From NCBI GenBank assembly GCA_003009755.1, contig PXUB01000023.1, forward strand, positions 1 through 59,661: DNA of 59,661 nucleotides, read 5' to 3'. Made by a program: the position numbers and the translations under genes. This document shows, piece after piece, positions 28,406-37,762 of the stretch; position 1 is the stretch's first letter, and each line of letters opens with the position of its first letter. The notes under the pieces were generated by a model, which was not told the DNA's origin, searched no databases, and saw only the letters and a program-made list of their open reading frames with translations. This DNA is from Thermoplasmatales archaeon SW_10_69_26 (lineage in GTDB: Archaea > Thermoplasmatota > SW-10-69-26).

Positions 28406-29578
28406 TCAAAGCGGCAGCACGAACACGAGCCCCCAGCAGGCGCCGAAGGCGAGCACGAGCGAGCCGATCCAGGCGAGCACGGTGCGGATGATCTTGCGGG
28501 CGCTGACGGCTTCGGAGCCGGCGGCCAAGCCGCTGCCGACGACGGCGCTAATCACGACCTCGTTGAAGCTGATCGGGATCCCGAAGAGGACGGCGGTTTG
28601 CGCGATCAGGTAGGAGGGGAGCAGCGCGGCGATCGATCGGCGGGGGCCCAGCGACCCGTAGTCCTGGGCGACGGCTTTGATCATGCGCGGTGCGCCGGTC
28701 CAGGAGCCCAGCAGCATGGCGCCGCCGGCGACGCCGATGACGTGCATCGGCTCGATGACGGTGCCCTCGACGACGGGCAGCATCGGGCCGGCGGCGAGCC
28801 CGACCTGGCTGCCTCCGGCGGAGAAGGCCACCAGGGCTCCCAAGGCGACCACGAACCGGCGAGCCCCCTGCCGGGGGTCCGAGCGGACGGTCGCGTAGAC
28901 GAGGGCACCGACGGTCAGCGCAGCGGCCGCCGTAGCCAAGGGCATCCCCAACGAGGGGTCGAGATCGAGCTTCCAGGCGGTCCAGCGGGCCAGCGACCCG
29001 CGCTCGCCCGGGGAACCGAGCAGGTCGAAGCGCAGATGCGCCAGCGTGAGGCCGAGCACGCCGCCCAACGACGGGATCAGCCAGCGCTCGGGCACGCCGT
29101 CGGCGCGGAGCAACCGGGCGATACCGTAGGCCGCGCCGCCACCGAGGAACGGGGTCCCGACCCACAGGGCGCCGATCTGGGCGTACTTGGGCCAGTTCGG
29201 GTCGCCGCCGAGCGCCAGCCCGGCACCGACGACGGCCCCGGTCACGGTGAACGCGGTCGCGATCGGGTAGCCGGCGAACACACCGATCGCGACGAGGATC
29301 GCCGCGGCCGACAGCGCCAGCGCTGCCGCCAGCGGGGGGATCGCTTGACCGATGACGAGCTCGCGGCCGACGGCTTCGGTGACGCTGCCTCCTTGCAACA
29401 GGGCGCCGGCGAGGCCGAGCACGCCGACGAGCAGCGCGGCTCGCAGGACGCCGATCGCGTTCGCGCCGACGGCCGGGGCAAACGGTGTCGACCCTGTGGA
29501 GCCGGCTCCGATCGCCCACGCCATGAACAGGCCGGCGAGGGCGGCGACGACGAGGATCGGGACCGCAGCGAGAGCCAG
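28406..29578 (-). CDS. PiT-family inorganic phosphate transporter (probable CTG start)
   Basis: FMAWAIGAGSTGSTPFAPAVGA, GAVVGAG, AFSAGGSQVG, GIPISFNE. The first TM helix lies upstream of ATG 29524. Confidence 0.88.
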   Translation of the reverse strand: MALAAVPILVVAALAGLFMAWAIGAGSTGSTPFAPAVGANAIGVLRAALLVGVLGLAGALLQGGSVTEAVGRELVIGQAIPPLAAALALSAAAILVAIGVFAGYPIATAFTVTGAVVGAGLALGGDPNWPKYAQIGALWVGTPFLGGGAAYGIARLLRADGVPERWLIPSLGGVLGLTLAHLRFDLLGSPGERGSLARWTAWKLDLDPSLGMPLATAAAALTVGALVYATVRSDPRQGARRFVVALGALVAFSAGGSQVGLAAGPMLPVVEGTVIEPMHVIGVAGGAMLLGSWTGAPRMIKAVAQDYGSLGPRRSIAALLPSYLIAQTAVLFGIPISFNEVVISAVVGSGLAAGSEAVSARKIIRTVLAWIGSLVLAFGACWGLVFVLPL

Positions 29579-29603
29579 CCCGGTCCCTCCCGTCCCAACC
29601 CGC

Positions 29604-30239
29604 TCAGCGGTCGACCGTTGGGGTCGAGCCGCGGCGGCGGGCGTCTTCGAGATCCTGCTCGACGCGCTGGGCGACCTTCTGCTTCAGCTCGTCCGCGTTG
29701 ATGTTGATCTCGAACGCGTATCGGTCCTCTTCGTTCGCGATCTCGGCGAGGTTCGCGCTCACGATCCGGTTGTCGAAGTAGCAGGGGGCCGTCCGCGTCA
29801 TCAGGTGCTCGTAGATCGTCTCCTCGAAGCTGCGGAGCAGGCCCCGCAGGCGGGTGTCGACGGCGCGTCCGGTCAGGCGCGAGGCCTCGGCCACGCGGCG
29901 GATCACGGATTCCTCGACGTAGGCGACGCTCTCGGGCGCGACGAGCGCCTCGCCCGCCCGCTCGAGATCCTCGCCGCTGGACTGACCTTTCTGTTCGCCC
30001 TCCCCTCGATGGAGGCTGGCTTGCGCGGCCGTGCGCGGGCGGAGATCCTCCTGGATCGTCTCGCCCGTGCGGGGCCGCCAGTGATCGAACTCGTGGAGCG
30101 CCTCGCGGAACCGCCGGGCCTCCATGCGGGGGTGGGCCTGAGAACCGAGGTCCTGGAGAGCCTTCGAGATCCGGTCCCCGTGGGCGACGACGTGGTCCCA
30201 GTCGCCCTCCACACGGAAACCCGAGATGCGCTCTTCCAT
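29604..30239 (-). CDS. DUF5828-like archaeal protein
   Basis: MEERISGFRVEGDWDHVVAHG, FDHWRPR, YEHLMTRTAPCYFDN. Confidence 0.7.
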   Translation of the reverse strand: MEERISGFRVEGDWDHVVAHGDRISKALQDLGSQAHPRMEARRFREALHEFDHWRPRTGETIQEDLRPRTAAQASLHRGEGEQKGQSSGEDLERAGEALVAPESVAYVEESVIRRVAEASRLTGRAVDTRLRGLLRSFEETIYEHLMTRTAPCYFDNRIVSANLAEIANEEDRYAFEININADELKQKVAQRVEQDLEDARRRGSTPTVDR

Positions 30240-30389
30240 CGCTTGGACAACCCTGGCAGGCATCACCCTTCAGGGTTTCGGATGAACCCTCACCGTCGAC
30301 GGCCGAACGACAGCGACCGAGCCGGTCGGTTGCATCCACAAGGACCCCTGCACCCCAACCCGTTTCAAGGGAAGGGGGGTTGCGTCGGC

Positions 30390-31388
30390 GTGGCCGACCG
30401 AACGTGGACCACGTTCCTCCTCCGCTACGGGGAGATCGCGATCAAAAGCGACGGCGTCCGGCGTCACTTCGAGGACAAGCTGGAGGCCAACCTCAAGCAC
30501 GGCTTCGCCGTTCGGGGCCTCACGGCGGTCATCGACCGCACGTGGGGCCGGTTCTTCCTCGAGTCCCCCGACGAGGACGTCGCCCGAGAGGTGATCTCGC
30601 GGACCTTCGGCCTCGTCCACGCCTCCCCGGTCGAGGTCGTGGACGCCGACCTGGATGCGATCGCCGACGAGGTCCGCCGGCAGGCGGCCGGGCACATCAG
30701 CCCCGACGAGACGTTCGCCATCCGCGCCCGCCGGACCGGCGACCATCCCTTCGGCTCGCCGGACGTCGGCCGGGTCGGCGGGGACGCGGTGCTACAGGCG
30801 GTGCCGGAGGCCGAGGTCGATCTCGACGACCCGGACCGCGAGATCCACGTCGAGGTGCGCCACGCCGAGGCGTTCGTCTTCACGGAGTTCATCGAAGCCC
30901 CCGGCGGGCTCCCGGTGGGCGCCCAGGGCAAGATCGTGGTCCCGCTGGGCGGGCCTCGCGGGCCGGCGGCGGCGTGGTTGTCGATGCGTCGAGGCTCGGA
31001 GGTCCATCTCGTCGTCCCGGCGGAGGCCGTCGCCCTGGGCGAGGTCTTGGCCCCCTGGGCGCCCGGGATCCAGTGCACGCTGCTGCCGGGTTCGTGGTCG
31101 CGGGAGGGGTTGCTGGCGGCGGCCGAACAGGTCGCCGCGGACGTGGAGGCCAACGCGATCGCGCTCGGCGAGCACGAGGCCCAGGCCGAGGGATCGCAAG
31201 CCATCGACCATCCGGTCCTGCGTCCGCTGGCGGGGCTCCCCGGCCGCCGGTGGCCACGGGGAACCTACCGGGTCTCCAAGGAAGCCGCCAAGGCGCATCC
31301 GGGCACCTGTTGGGACAGCGAGGGACAGGGCCCGGGGGACGTCGCACAGGCCCTCGGGCGATCCGAGACGCGAGAGCTATCCCTTTGA
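30390..31388 (+). CDS. THUMP-domain ThiI-like protein with a degenerate PP-loop
   Basis: LLRYGEIAIKS, FAIRARRTG, VDLDDPD, PGGLPVGAQGK; PP-loop SGGxDS is replaced by LGGPRG. Confidence 0.8.
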   Translation: MADRTWTTFLLRYGEIAIKSDGVRRHFEDKLEANLKHGFAVRGLTAVIDRTWGRFFLESPDEDVAREVISRTFGLVHASPVEVVDADLDAIADEVRRQAAGHISPDETFAIRARRTGDHPFGSPDVGRVGGDAVLQAVPEAEVDLDDPDREIHVEVRHAEAFVFTEFIEAPGGLPVGAQGKIVVPLGGPRGPAAAWLSMRRGSEVHLVVPAEAVALGEVLAPWAPGIQCTLLPGSWSREGLLAAAEQVAADVEANAIALGEHEAQAEGSQAIDHPVLRPLAGLPGRRWPRGTYRVSKEAAKAHPGTCWDSEGQGPGDVAQALGRSETRELSL

Positions 31389-33245
31389 CTAGCGCTCCAG
31401 GCGCTCGATCATCGAGTCGTACAGCTGCTCGCGCTCGGCGTCGGCCGTGTTGCGCAGCCGCTGGAGGATGAGCTCGGGCGTCGAGCGGGCGACGACATCC
31501 ACCTTCGGTGTGCGGTCGACGATCAGCTCGTTGTCCTCGTCGAGGCCCTGGGCTTCGATGCCGTCGGTGCGGGCCTCGACGTGCTCGAGGATGTAGGGTG
31601 CAAGGTGCGTGACGAGCACGGCCGGGGCGTCGCGCTCGTCGAGGCGGTCGACGACCTCGGCCAGGATCGCGGCGGCGGCCTCGAGCTCGGTCATCGCCTC
31701 GAGCTCGTCGGCGAGCACGAGCACGTCCTCGCCGTCCAGCAACAGGTCCTCGATCGTGCGCAGGAACCCTTCGAAGGCGCCGGCGCCGAGCTGGCGCGGA
31801 CGCTCGTAGTAGGCCATCCCGTCGAGCAGGGGCACCTCGGCGTCGTCGGCGGGTACCGGCAGGCCCAGGTGCGCCAGCCAAGCGATCTGGGCCAGCGTCT
31901 CGATGAGCGTCGTCTTCCCGCCGCTGTTGGCGCCCGTGAGCAGGGCCACGCCCTCGGGCAGCGGATAGTCGACGCGGGTGCCCTCGGGGCGGATGTCGAG
32001 GTGGAGGGCGCCCTCGACGGAGAAGGTCTCCGCCGGCTCGGGCACGTCGAGCTCGAGATCGCGGGCGGCGCGGGCGACGGCTTGCCAGCGATCGAGATCG
32101 ATCGCTTGGGAGACCATCGCCTCGACGCCCTCGCGGTGCTGGCGGACGGCGGCGGCCACGTCGCGAGCGGCCCCGTAGCGCTCGATGGCGCGGTCCTGGC
32201 GGACCTCGCTGCGCAGGCGCTCGAGCCCCTCGGGGTCGACCTCGAGGGGGTACTCGTCGCTGAAGGGAGCGCCGACGAGCCCGGTCTCGTCCTTGAAGCG
32301 CTCGCGGGCCTCGGCTTGGGCCTCGGAGATGACGGTCTGGACGGCCTGGCTGTGGCCGCCCTGCATGACTTCGAGCACGTCCTGGCCGCTGATCGAGACG
32401 TCCTCGATCTCCTGCTCGACGGTCTCGTTCGCCAGCTCGACGCACTCGCGAGCGATCTCCTCGAGGTCGGGCGGCTCGGCGACGGCCTCGGCCTCGAGCG
32501 CGTCGAGGATCGGCGTGGCGTGGTCGTCGACGTCGAGCAGGTCGGCCAGGCTGGCCAGGGCCTCGAGCAGCTCGCGGTTCGTCTCGGCCCAGGCGCGGTC
32601 GGCCCAGGGCACCGCCTGCCATCCTTGGCCGGCGGTGATGTGGACGCTGCCGGGCGGGGTCGGGCCGGTGGTGGCGGCGAGCACGACGCCGTGATGGTCC
32701 ACGGTGTCGGTCTCGGTGGCCACCTCGACCCAGCGGTCGAGGTCCTGGGCGCGGACCTCCTCGAGCGCGGGCCCGTCCTCGATGAGGACGGCGACGTCGC
32801 GTTCGGGCTGGGGTCGGGGCTGGCTGGGGTGGTCGACGCCCTCGAGCGCCTCCACGACCGTGTCGAGGTCGGCGTCGGCCAGGTCGTCGAGGCGCTGGCG
32901 AGCCTCGGCGAGCCGGTCCTCGAAGGTGGTCTCGTCCGTGGCGGGGACGAGCGTCTCGAGCTGGGCGCGGCCGAGGTTGGTGACGGCGCGGTCGAGGAAC
33001 GGTTCCAGCGCCTCGCGGGTCAGCGTCTCGGCGTCGTCGGTGACGAGCCAGTCAACCTCGTCGCCGCGGTGGGCCTGCACCATGCGCACAGCGCGTCGAC
33101 GGCTGATGCCCTGGACGCCGCTGAGCTGGGCGACGTCGCCGCGGTCGAGGGCGGCGATCAGCTCGTCTCGGCCGCCCAGCGAGCGTTCCAGACGCTGGAG
33201 GAGCTTGTCGCCGATGCCGGGGAGATCGATGCCCTCCTGCGTCAC
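31389..33245 (-). CDS. MutS-like ATPase with N-terminal helix-hairpin-helix (archaeal MutS5-like)
   Basis: LPGIGDK HhH; Walker A LTGANSGGKTT; AGAFE; Walker B LADELE; VTHL. Confidence 0.85.
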   Translation of the reverse strand: MTQEGIDLPGIGDKLLQRLERSLGGRDELIAALDRGDVAQLSGVQGISRRRAVRMVQAHRGDEVDWLVTDDAETLTREALEPFLDRAVTNLGRAQLETLVPATDETTFEDRLAEARQRLDDLADADLDTVVEALEGVDHPSQPRPQPERDVAVLIEDGPALEEVRAQDLDRWVEVATETDTVDHHGVVLAATTGPTPPGSVHITAGQGWQAVPWADRAWAETNRELLEALASLADLLDVDDHATPILDALEAEAVAEPPDLEEIARECVELANETVEQEIEDVSISGQDVLEVMQGGHSQAVQTVISEAQAEARERFKDETGLVGAPFSDEYPLEVDPEGLERLRSEVRQDRAIERYGAARDVAAAVRQHREGVEAMVSQAIDLDRWQAVARAARDLELDVPEPAETFSVEGALHLDIRPEGTRVDYPLPEGVALLTGANSGGKTTLIETLAQIAWLAHLGLPVPADDAEVPLLDGMAYYERPRQLGAGAFEGFLRTIEDLLLDGEDVLVLADELEAMTELEAAAAILAEVVDRLDERDAPAVLVTHLAPYILEHVEARTDGIEAQGLDEDNELIVDRTPKVDVVARSTPELILQRLRNTADAEREQLYDSMIERLER

Positions 33246-33317
33246 GGGAGGCGAACAACCGACCCCCGACTTAAGGGGCTCGCTCCGGGATGCGAGGGGT
33301 GCGATGCGTTCGCCTCC

Positions 33318-33833
33318 TCACAGGCGGTCGCGGATCTGGACGAGGACGTCGTGCTGGTTCTCCAGGTGGCGGTTGACGTCCTCGCGCATCCCGCCGAGAT
33401 CCTCGTGGATCCGGTCGAGCTTGGCCCCGTTGCGGTCGAGCTTGGCGCCGTGGCTGTCGCGGATCTCATCGAGCTTGGCGCCATGGCTCTCGCGGATCTC
33501 ATCGAGCTTGGCGCCATGGCTGTCACGGATCTCGTCGAGCTTGGCGCCGTGGCTGTCGCGGATCTGGTCGAGCTTGGCACCGTTGCTGGTGACGCCGTTG
33601 GCGACCGCGCGGACCTGGTCCTTGGTGGCGTTGATGAGCAGGGCCAGGACGCCGGTCGCGACGCTGGCGACGGTGCCGAACGTGATCAACAGCTCGCCGA
33701 CGTCGTTCCACCAGCCGGCGCGTTCGCCGGCGACGCCGAGCAGCGCGAGCCCGAGACCGACCGCTGCGAGCAGCCACAGCAACCGCTCGAGACGGTTCAG
33801 GTCCACGATGAATTGTGGGATCCGAACACGCAT
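33318..33833 (-). CDS. Two-TM protein with a C-terminal 11-residue tandem-repeat coiled coil
   Basis: Two hydrophobic helices, then (D/E)SHGAKLD(E/Q)IR repeated about 4.5 times; start may be the GTG near 33806. Confidence 0.7.
   Translation of the reverse strand: MRVRIPQFIVDLNRLERLLWLLAAVGLGLALLGVAGERAGWWNDVGELLITFGTVASVATGVLALLINATKDQVRAVANGVTSNGAKLDQIRDSHGAKLDEIRDSHGAKLDEIRESHGAKLDEIRDSHGAKLDRNGAKLDRIHEDLGGMREDVNRHLENQHDVLVQIRDRL
33415..33585. repeat. 33-bp coding tandem repeat
   Basis: Units start at 33436, 33469, 33502, 33535 and 33568 (partial), plus a 21-bp variant at 33415. Confidence 0.9.
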
Positions 33834-33985
33834 GAAGGTTGCGGGGAGGGGTGAACGTATCCGTCTTGTCCGGCGCTGGCGCCGAGAACCGACGCCCTCG
33901 CGGGGGGCGGTTCGGGGTTGGAAACGTTTAGGGCCTCGGCGCGCCTGGCTGGGCCGATGGCCGAGGCTCGCGGGGGTGCATCGGG

Positions 33986-34903
33986 ATCCGCGTCGTCGTG
34001 ATGGGGGCCGGCGCGATCGGGTCCATGCTGGGGGCTCGGTTGGCCGACGAGCACGACGTGACCTTGATCGGGCGCGAGGCTCACGTCCGCGCGATCCGGG
34101 AGCGTGGGCTCGAGGTGACCGGCCACACCCAGCGCACCGTCGACGTGGACGCCCGCACGGACGCCCACGAGTTGGATCCAGCCGACGTGGTCTTCCTCAC
34201 AGTGAAAGCCTACCAGACCGAGCAAGCGCTGGCGGACGTCGAGCCGGCGATCGGCCCCAACACGTTCCTCGCAACCCTGCAGAACGGCTTGGGCAACCTC
34301 GAGCAGCTGGCGCGCCGCGTCGGCGAATCGCACGCGATCGGCGGCACGACGAGCCACGGCTGTCTCTTCCACGGCCCCGGCCGCGTCGAGCACACGGGCG
34401 TGGGCGACACCGTGATCGGTCCGATCGCGCCCCCCGACCGCCCGGCCCACCACCAGCTGGCCGAGGCGTTGACCGAGGCGGGCATCGAGGCCGAGGTCGC
34501 CGCCGACATCCGTCCCCAGCTGTGGGCCAAGGCGGCCGTGAACGCGGCGATCAACCCGGCGACGGCGATCGCCGGGCTGCCCAACGGCGCTCTGCTGGAC
34601 GTCGACGAGCTCGAGCGGTTGCTCGAGGCCGCCGCCCGCGAGGTCGAGGACGTGGCCCGCTCGGAGGGCATCGAGGTCGAGGAGGGCGCCTGGGTCGACC
34701 GGGCTCGGACGGTGGCCAAGCAGACCGCTCGCAACCGATCGAGCATGCTTCAGGACGTCGAGCGCGGCCGCCGCACCGAGATCGACGCCATCTGCGGGCG
34801 CGTCGTCGAGGTCGCACGCCGCAACGGCGTGCCGGTGCCGCGCAACCAGACGCTGCACGGGCTCGTGAAAGGGATCGAGGCGACGCGCACCTATGACGGG
34901 TGA
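33986..34903 (+). CDS. panE: 2-dehydropantoate (ketopantoate) reductase, probable ATC start
   Basis: (I)RVVVMGAGAIGS, TVKAY, LQNGLGN, WAKAAVNAAINP, SSMLQD, RTEIDAICG. Confidence 0.92.
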   Translation: MRVVVMGAGAIGSMLGARLADEHDVTLIGREAHVRAIRERGLEVTGHTQRTVDVDARTDAHELDPADVVFLTVKAYQTEQALADVEPAIGPNTFLATLQNGLGNLEQLARRVGESHAIGGTTSHGCLFHGPGRVEHTGVGDTVIGPIAPPDRPAHHQLAEALTEAGIEAEVAADIRPQLWAKAAVNAAINPATAIAGLPNGALLDVDELERLLEAAAREVEDVARSEGIEVEEGAWVDRARTVAKQTARNRSSMLQDVERGRRTEIDAICGRVVEVARRNGVPVPRNQTLHGLVKGIEATRTYDG

Positions 34904-36275
34904 GGTCCGCTCGGGGGCGGCCACCCGCACCGCCGTCGTCACGGTCGCCATCGCACTCGTCCTGTTCCTGGGCAAGCTGGCAGCCGCGTGGACCTCCGGT
35001 TCGGTGGGCCTGTTGTCGACGGCCGTCGACAGCGGCCTGGATCTGGGGATGAGCCTCGTCGTGCTGGCTGGCATCCGGTTGGCGCAGATCCCCGCCGACC
35101 CCGAGCACCCCTACGGTCACGGCAAGTTCGAGAGCGTCGCCGGGCTCGTGGAGGCCGGCGTCCTGGCCGCGGTCGGCATCCTGGTCGGCACCGTCGGCGT
35201 GCTGCGCGTGCTCGATCCGGACCCGGTCACGCTCGACGCGTGGATGGTCGGCGTGCTGCTCGTGTCGGCGCTGGTCGGGGCCGAGCGCGGCTACACCCTG
35301 CACAAGGAGGGCCAACGCCACGGCTCGGCTGCGCTGTCGGTCGACGCCTGGCATTACGCGACCGACGTCGTGACCTCGCTCGTCGGCCTGTTGGGAGCCT
35401 GGCTGGCCACGCAGGGCTGGGCGTGGGCCGACGGCGGAGCCGCGATCTTCATCGGCGGGTTCCTGGCGGCCGGGAGCCTCCACGTGGGATGGCGTGCGGC
35501 CGGGGATCTGGTCGACAGGGTTCCGCCGACGTTGACCGAGCGGGCGGCGGCCGCGATCCGGTCGGTCGCCCGGGTCGAGAACGTCGACCAGGTGCGCGTG
35601 CGAGGCGCGGGCCCGGACACGTTCGTCGACGCCACGGTCGACATCCCGCGCTCGCTGGGCCTCGAGCAGGCCCACGAGGTGATGGACCAAGTCGAGGCTC
35701 GCGTCGAGGAGGAGCTGGGCGGAGCCGACGTCACCGTGCACGCGGAGCCGGTCGCGGCGAGGGAGACGGCGATCGCCGAGCTCAAGGTCCTCGCGGCCCG
35801 GGACCCCGACGTTGTGGGGATCCACGAGATCCTCGTCGACGAGATCGGCGACGAGCTGTACGTCGACTGCCACGTCGAGGTCGCCGAGGACGTGACCCTG
35901 CGGGAGGGGCACGAGATCGCTCACCGGTTCGAGGCGCGAGCCAAGCGCGAGGTCGAGGCCGTCGCCGGGATGCGGACGCACATCGAGCCGGCTCCCCACG
36001 ACCCGCGGGAAGGCCAGGATGTCACCGACGAGCACGACGACCTGGTCGCCGCGATCGGCAAGGCGATCGAGCAGGGCCCGTTCACGGGCCGAGGCTCGAT
36101 CGCGCTCAAACGCGTGCCGCCGAACCTCGAGGCGGTCGTGGCCGCCCGGTTGCCGGGCGAGACGGAGCTCGAGCAGGCCCACCGTGCGGCGCACGAGCTC
36201 GAGCACGAGCTGCTGGGCGAGATCGGCGGGCTCGACCGGGTCGTCGTCCACATCGAGCCCGAGGAGAGCCCATAG
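34893..36275 (+). CDS. Cation diffusion facilitator with three C-terminal dimerisation-type domains
   Basis: DSGLD, DPEHPYGHGKFE, HYATD; three ...AH...E...(V/T)H(A/I)EP modules. Confidence 0.9.
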   Translation: MTGEVRSGAATRTAVVTVAIALVLFLGKLAAAWTSGSVGLLSTAVDSGLDLGMSLVVLAGIRLAQIPADPEHPYGHGKFESVAGLVEAGVLAAVGILVGTVGVLRVLDPDPVTLDAWMVGVLLVSALVGAERGYTLHKEGQRHGSAALSVDAWHYATDVVTSLVGLLGAWLATQGWAWADGGAAIFIGGFLAAGSLHVGWRAAGDLVDRVPPTLTERAAAAIRSVARVENVDQVRVRGAGPDTFVDATVDIPRSLGLEQAHEVMDQVEARVEEELGGADVTVHAEPVAARETAIAELKVLAARDPDVVGIHEILVDEIGDELYVDCHVEVAEDVTLREGHEIAHRFEARAKREVEAVAGMRTHIEPAPHDPREGQDVTDEHDDLVAAIGKAIEQGPFTGRGSIALKRVPPNLEAVVAARLPGETELEQAHRAAHELEHELLGEIGGLDRVVVHIEPEESP

Positions 36276-36389
36276 GTTCCCCGAGGGAGTACGTCTCCGA
36301 GCCCCGCGAAGAGACGTACGAACTCCGTGACCAGCCCAGTCGATCGGCCTGGGACCGTCGAGGGCGGCTCTTGGAGCTCCCGGCGGGGC

Positions 36390-37547
36390 CTACGCCACCA
36401 CGGCCTTGGCTTCCTGCGTGACGCCGACCTTCTGGCAGCGGCCCTCGCGCTCGCGCGTGACGACGCCGGCGTCCTCGAGCTTCTGCAAGTGCCAGCTGAC
36501 CAGCGCCGCCGAGTAGCCGAGCGCCTTGGCCGCCTCGGCTTGGCTGGCGCCGGGATTGTCGGCGTAGAACTCGGCGATGCTGCGCGCCTTGTCGTTCTCG
36601 AGGGCGGGCAGGATCGCCTGCTCGGAGTCGGAGACCTCGCCGGGCAGGAAGAAGCACCGCTTCCCGTTGGTCTTCTCGGAGGTGACCAGATCGGCCTTCT
36701 CGAGCTTGCGCAGGTGGTGCAACAGCGTGCCCCAGCTGGCGTCGAGCTCGCGGGCGAGCTCGCTGAGGTGGATGCCCGGATCGTCCTCGATCGCCTCGTA
36801 GATCGTCTGGCGGGCCGGATGATCGAGGAGCTCGTCGCGCTTGATCCGGGTGTAAAGCGGAGCCAGGCCCGGCGCCCAGCGGAGGTAGCGCCAGGCGCGC
36901 GTGTACCAAGCGGCGCTGCCGGCGGCCGCGGAGCCGCCCGCGGCGGCGGAGGCGGCGATGGCTTGACCCTTGCGGGTCTCGGGCCAGGCGGCTGCGAGGC
37001 CCTGGCCGAGGTCGACGGTCACGGACGCGATGCCGGCGCCCAGCCAGACGACGCCTTCGCCGAGGCGGGTGCCGGCCCAGGTGATCGCGGAGCCGGTGGT
37101 GGCGAGCCCGCCGACGACGAGGCCGGTCGTCTCGACGGCGAGCCAGGCGGTGGCCTCGCCGACGGCGACGGCGGCCGTGGCGATCTGCGTGCCGGTCCAG
37201 CCGGCGGCCGTGCCGACGGCCGAGCCGGTCCAGGTGGCGGCGGAGGCGATCGCCGAGCCGGCGACGGCCAGGGCGTGGCCGGTGGCCTCGGCAGCTGTGG
37301 CGATCGCGTCGCCGACGGCGGCGAGCGAGCCCGAGATCTCGTCCAGCGCGGAGGCTTCCTCGCCGGCGTCGTCCGTCTCGGCCTCGGCGGCCGTCACCAC
37401 GTCTTCGGCTCCCGCGTCCACGTCGACATCGCTGGTGCTGTCCTCGACCTCCTCGGCGCTGGGCGAGCCGGCCATCCCGAGGCCGGCGACCGTCACCACG
37501 AGCGCGAGCGCAGCGAGCCACGTCGACGCATGGCGGAAGCCGGTCAT
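36390..37547 (-). CDS. Signal peptide + amphipathic Ala/Gly repeats + C-terminal tandem winged-helix regulator
   Basis: LYTRIKRDELLDHPARQTIY..PGIHLSELAREL..GTLLHHLRKLE; second HTH PGASQAEAAKALG..LVSWHLQKL. Confidence 0.8.
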   Translation of the reverse strand: MTGFRHASTWLAALALVVTVAGLGMAGSPSAEEVEDSTSDVDVDAGAEDVVTAAEAETDDAGEEASALDEISGSLAAVGDAIATAAEATGHALAVAGSAIASAATWTGSAVGTAAGWTGTQIATAAVAVGEATAWLAVETTGLVVGGLATTGSAITWAGTRLGEGVVWLGAGIASVTVDLGQGLAAAWPETRKGQAIAASAAAGGSAAAGSAAWYTRAWRYLRWAPGLAPLYTRIKRDELLDHPARQTIYEAIEDDPGIHLSELARELDASWGTLLHHLRKLEKADLVTSEKTNGKRCFFLPGEVSDSEQAILPALENDKARSIAEFYADNPGASQAEAAKALGYSAALVSWHLQKLEDAGVVTREREGRCQKVGVTQEAKAVVA

Positions 37548-37762
37548 CACGGACCAGCCCGCTGACGAGTTCATCAATCTTGGGGTACGGTCGTTTGACG
37601 GTGGAGGAGAACCGATACCTTGCCGACCAGAACGACGGACAGATGACGGATGGTATACCTATTCCCCGTAACGGAGACGGTCCCGCCGGCTGCTCGGCCG
37701 CATCGGGCCCGCAGGGGGAGGCACCGTTGCGGTGAAGTAGGATGGGCTGCTTGCCGGCGGTG

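Noticed and set aside
33415-33585. 33-bp repeats as a possible CRISPR array
   Set aside because: Units are head-to-tail with no unique spacers, keep the reading frame, vary mainly at synonymous positions, and no cas genes are present.
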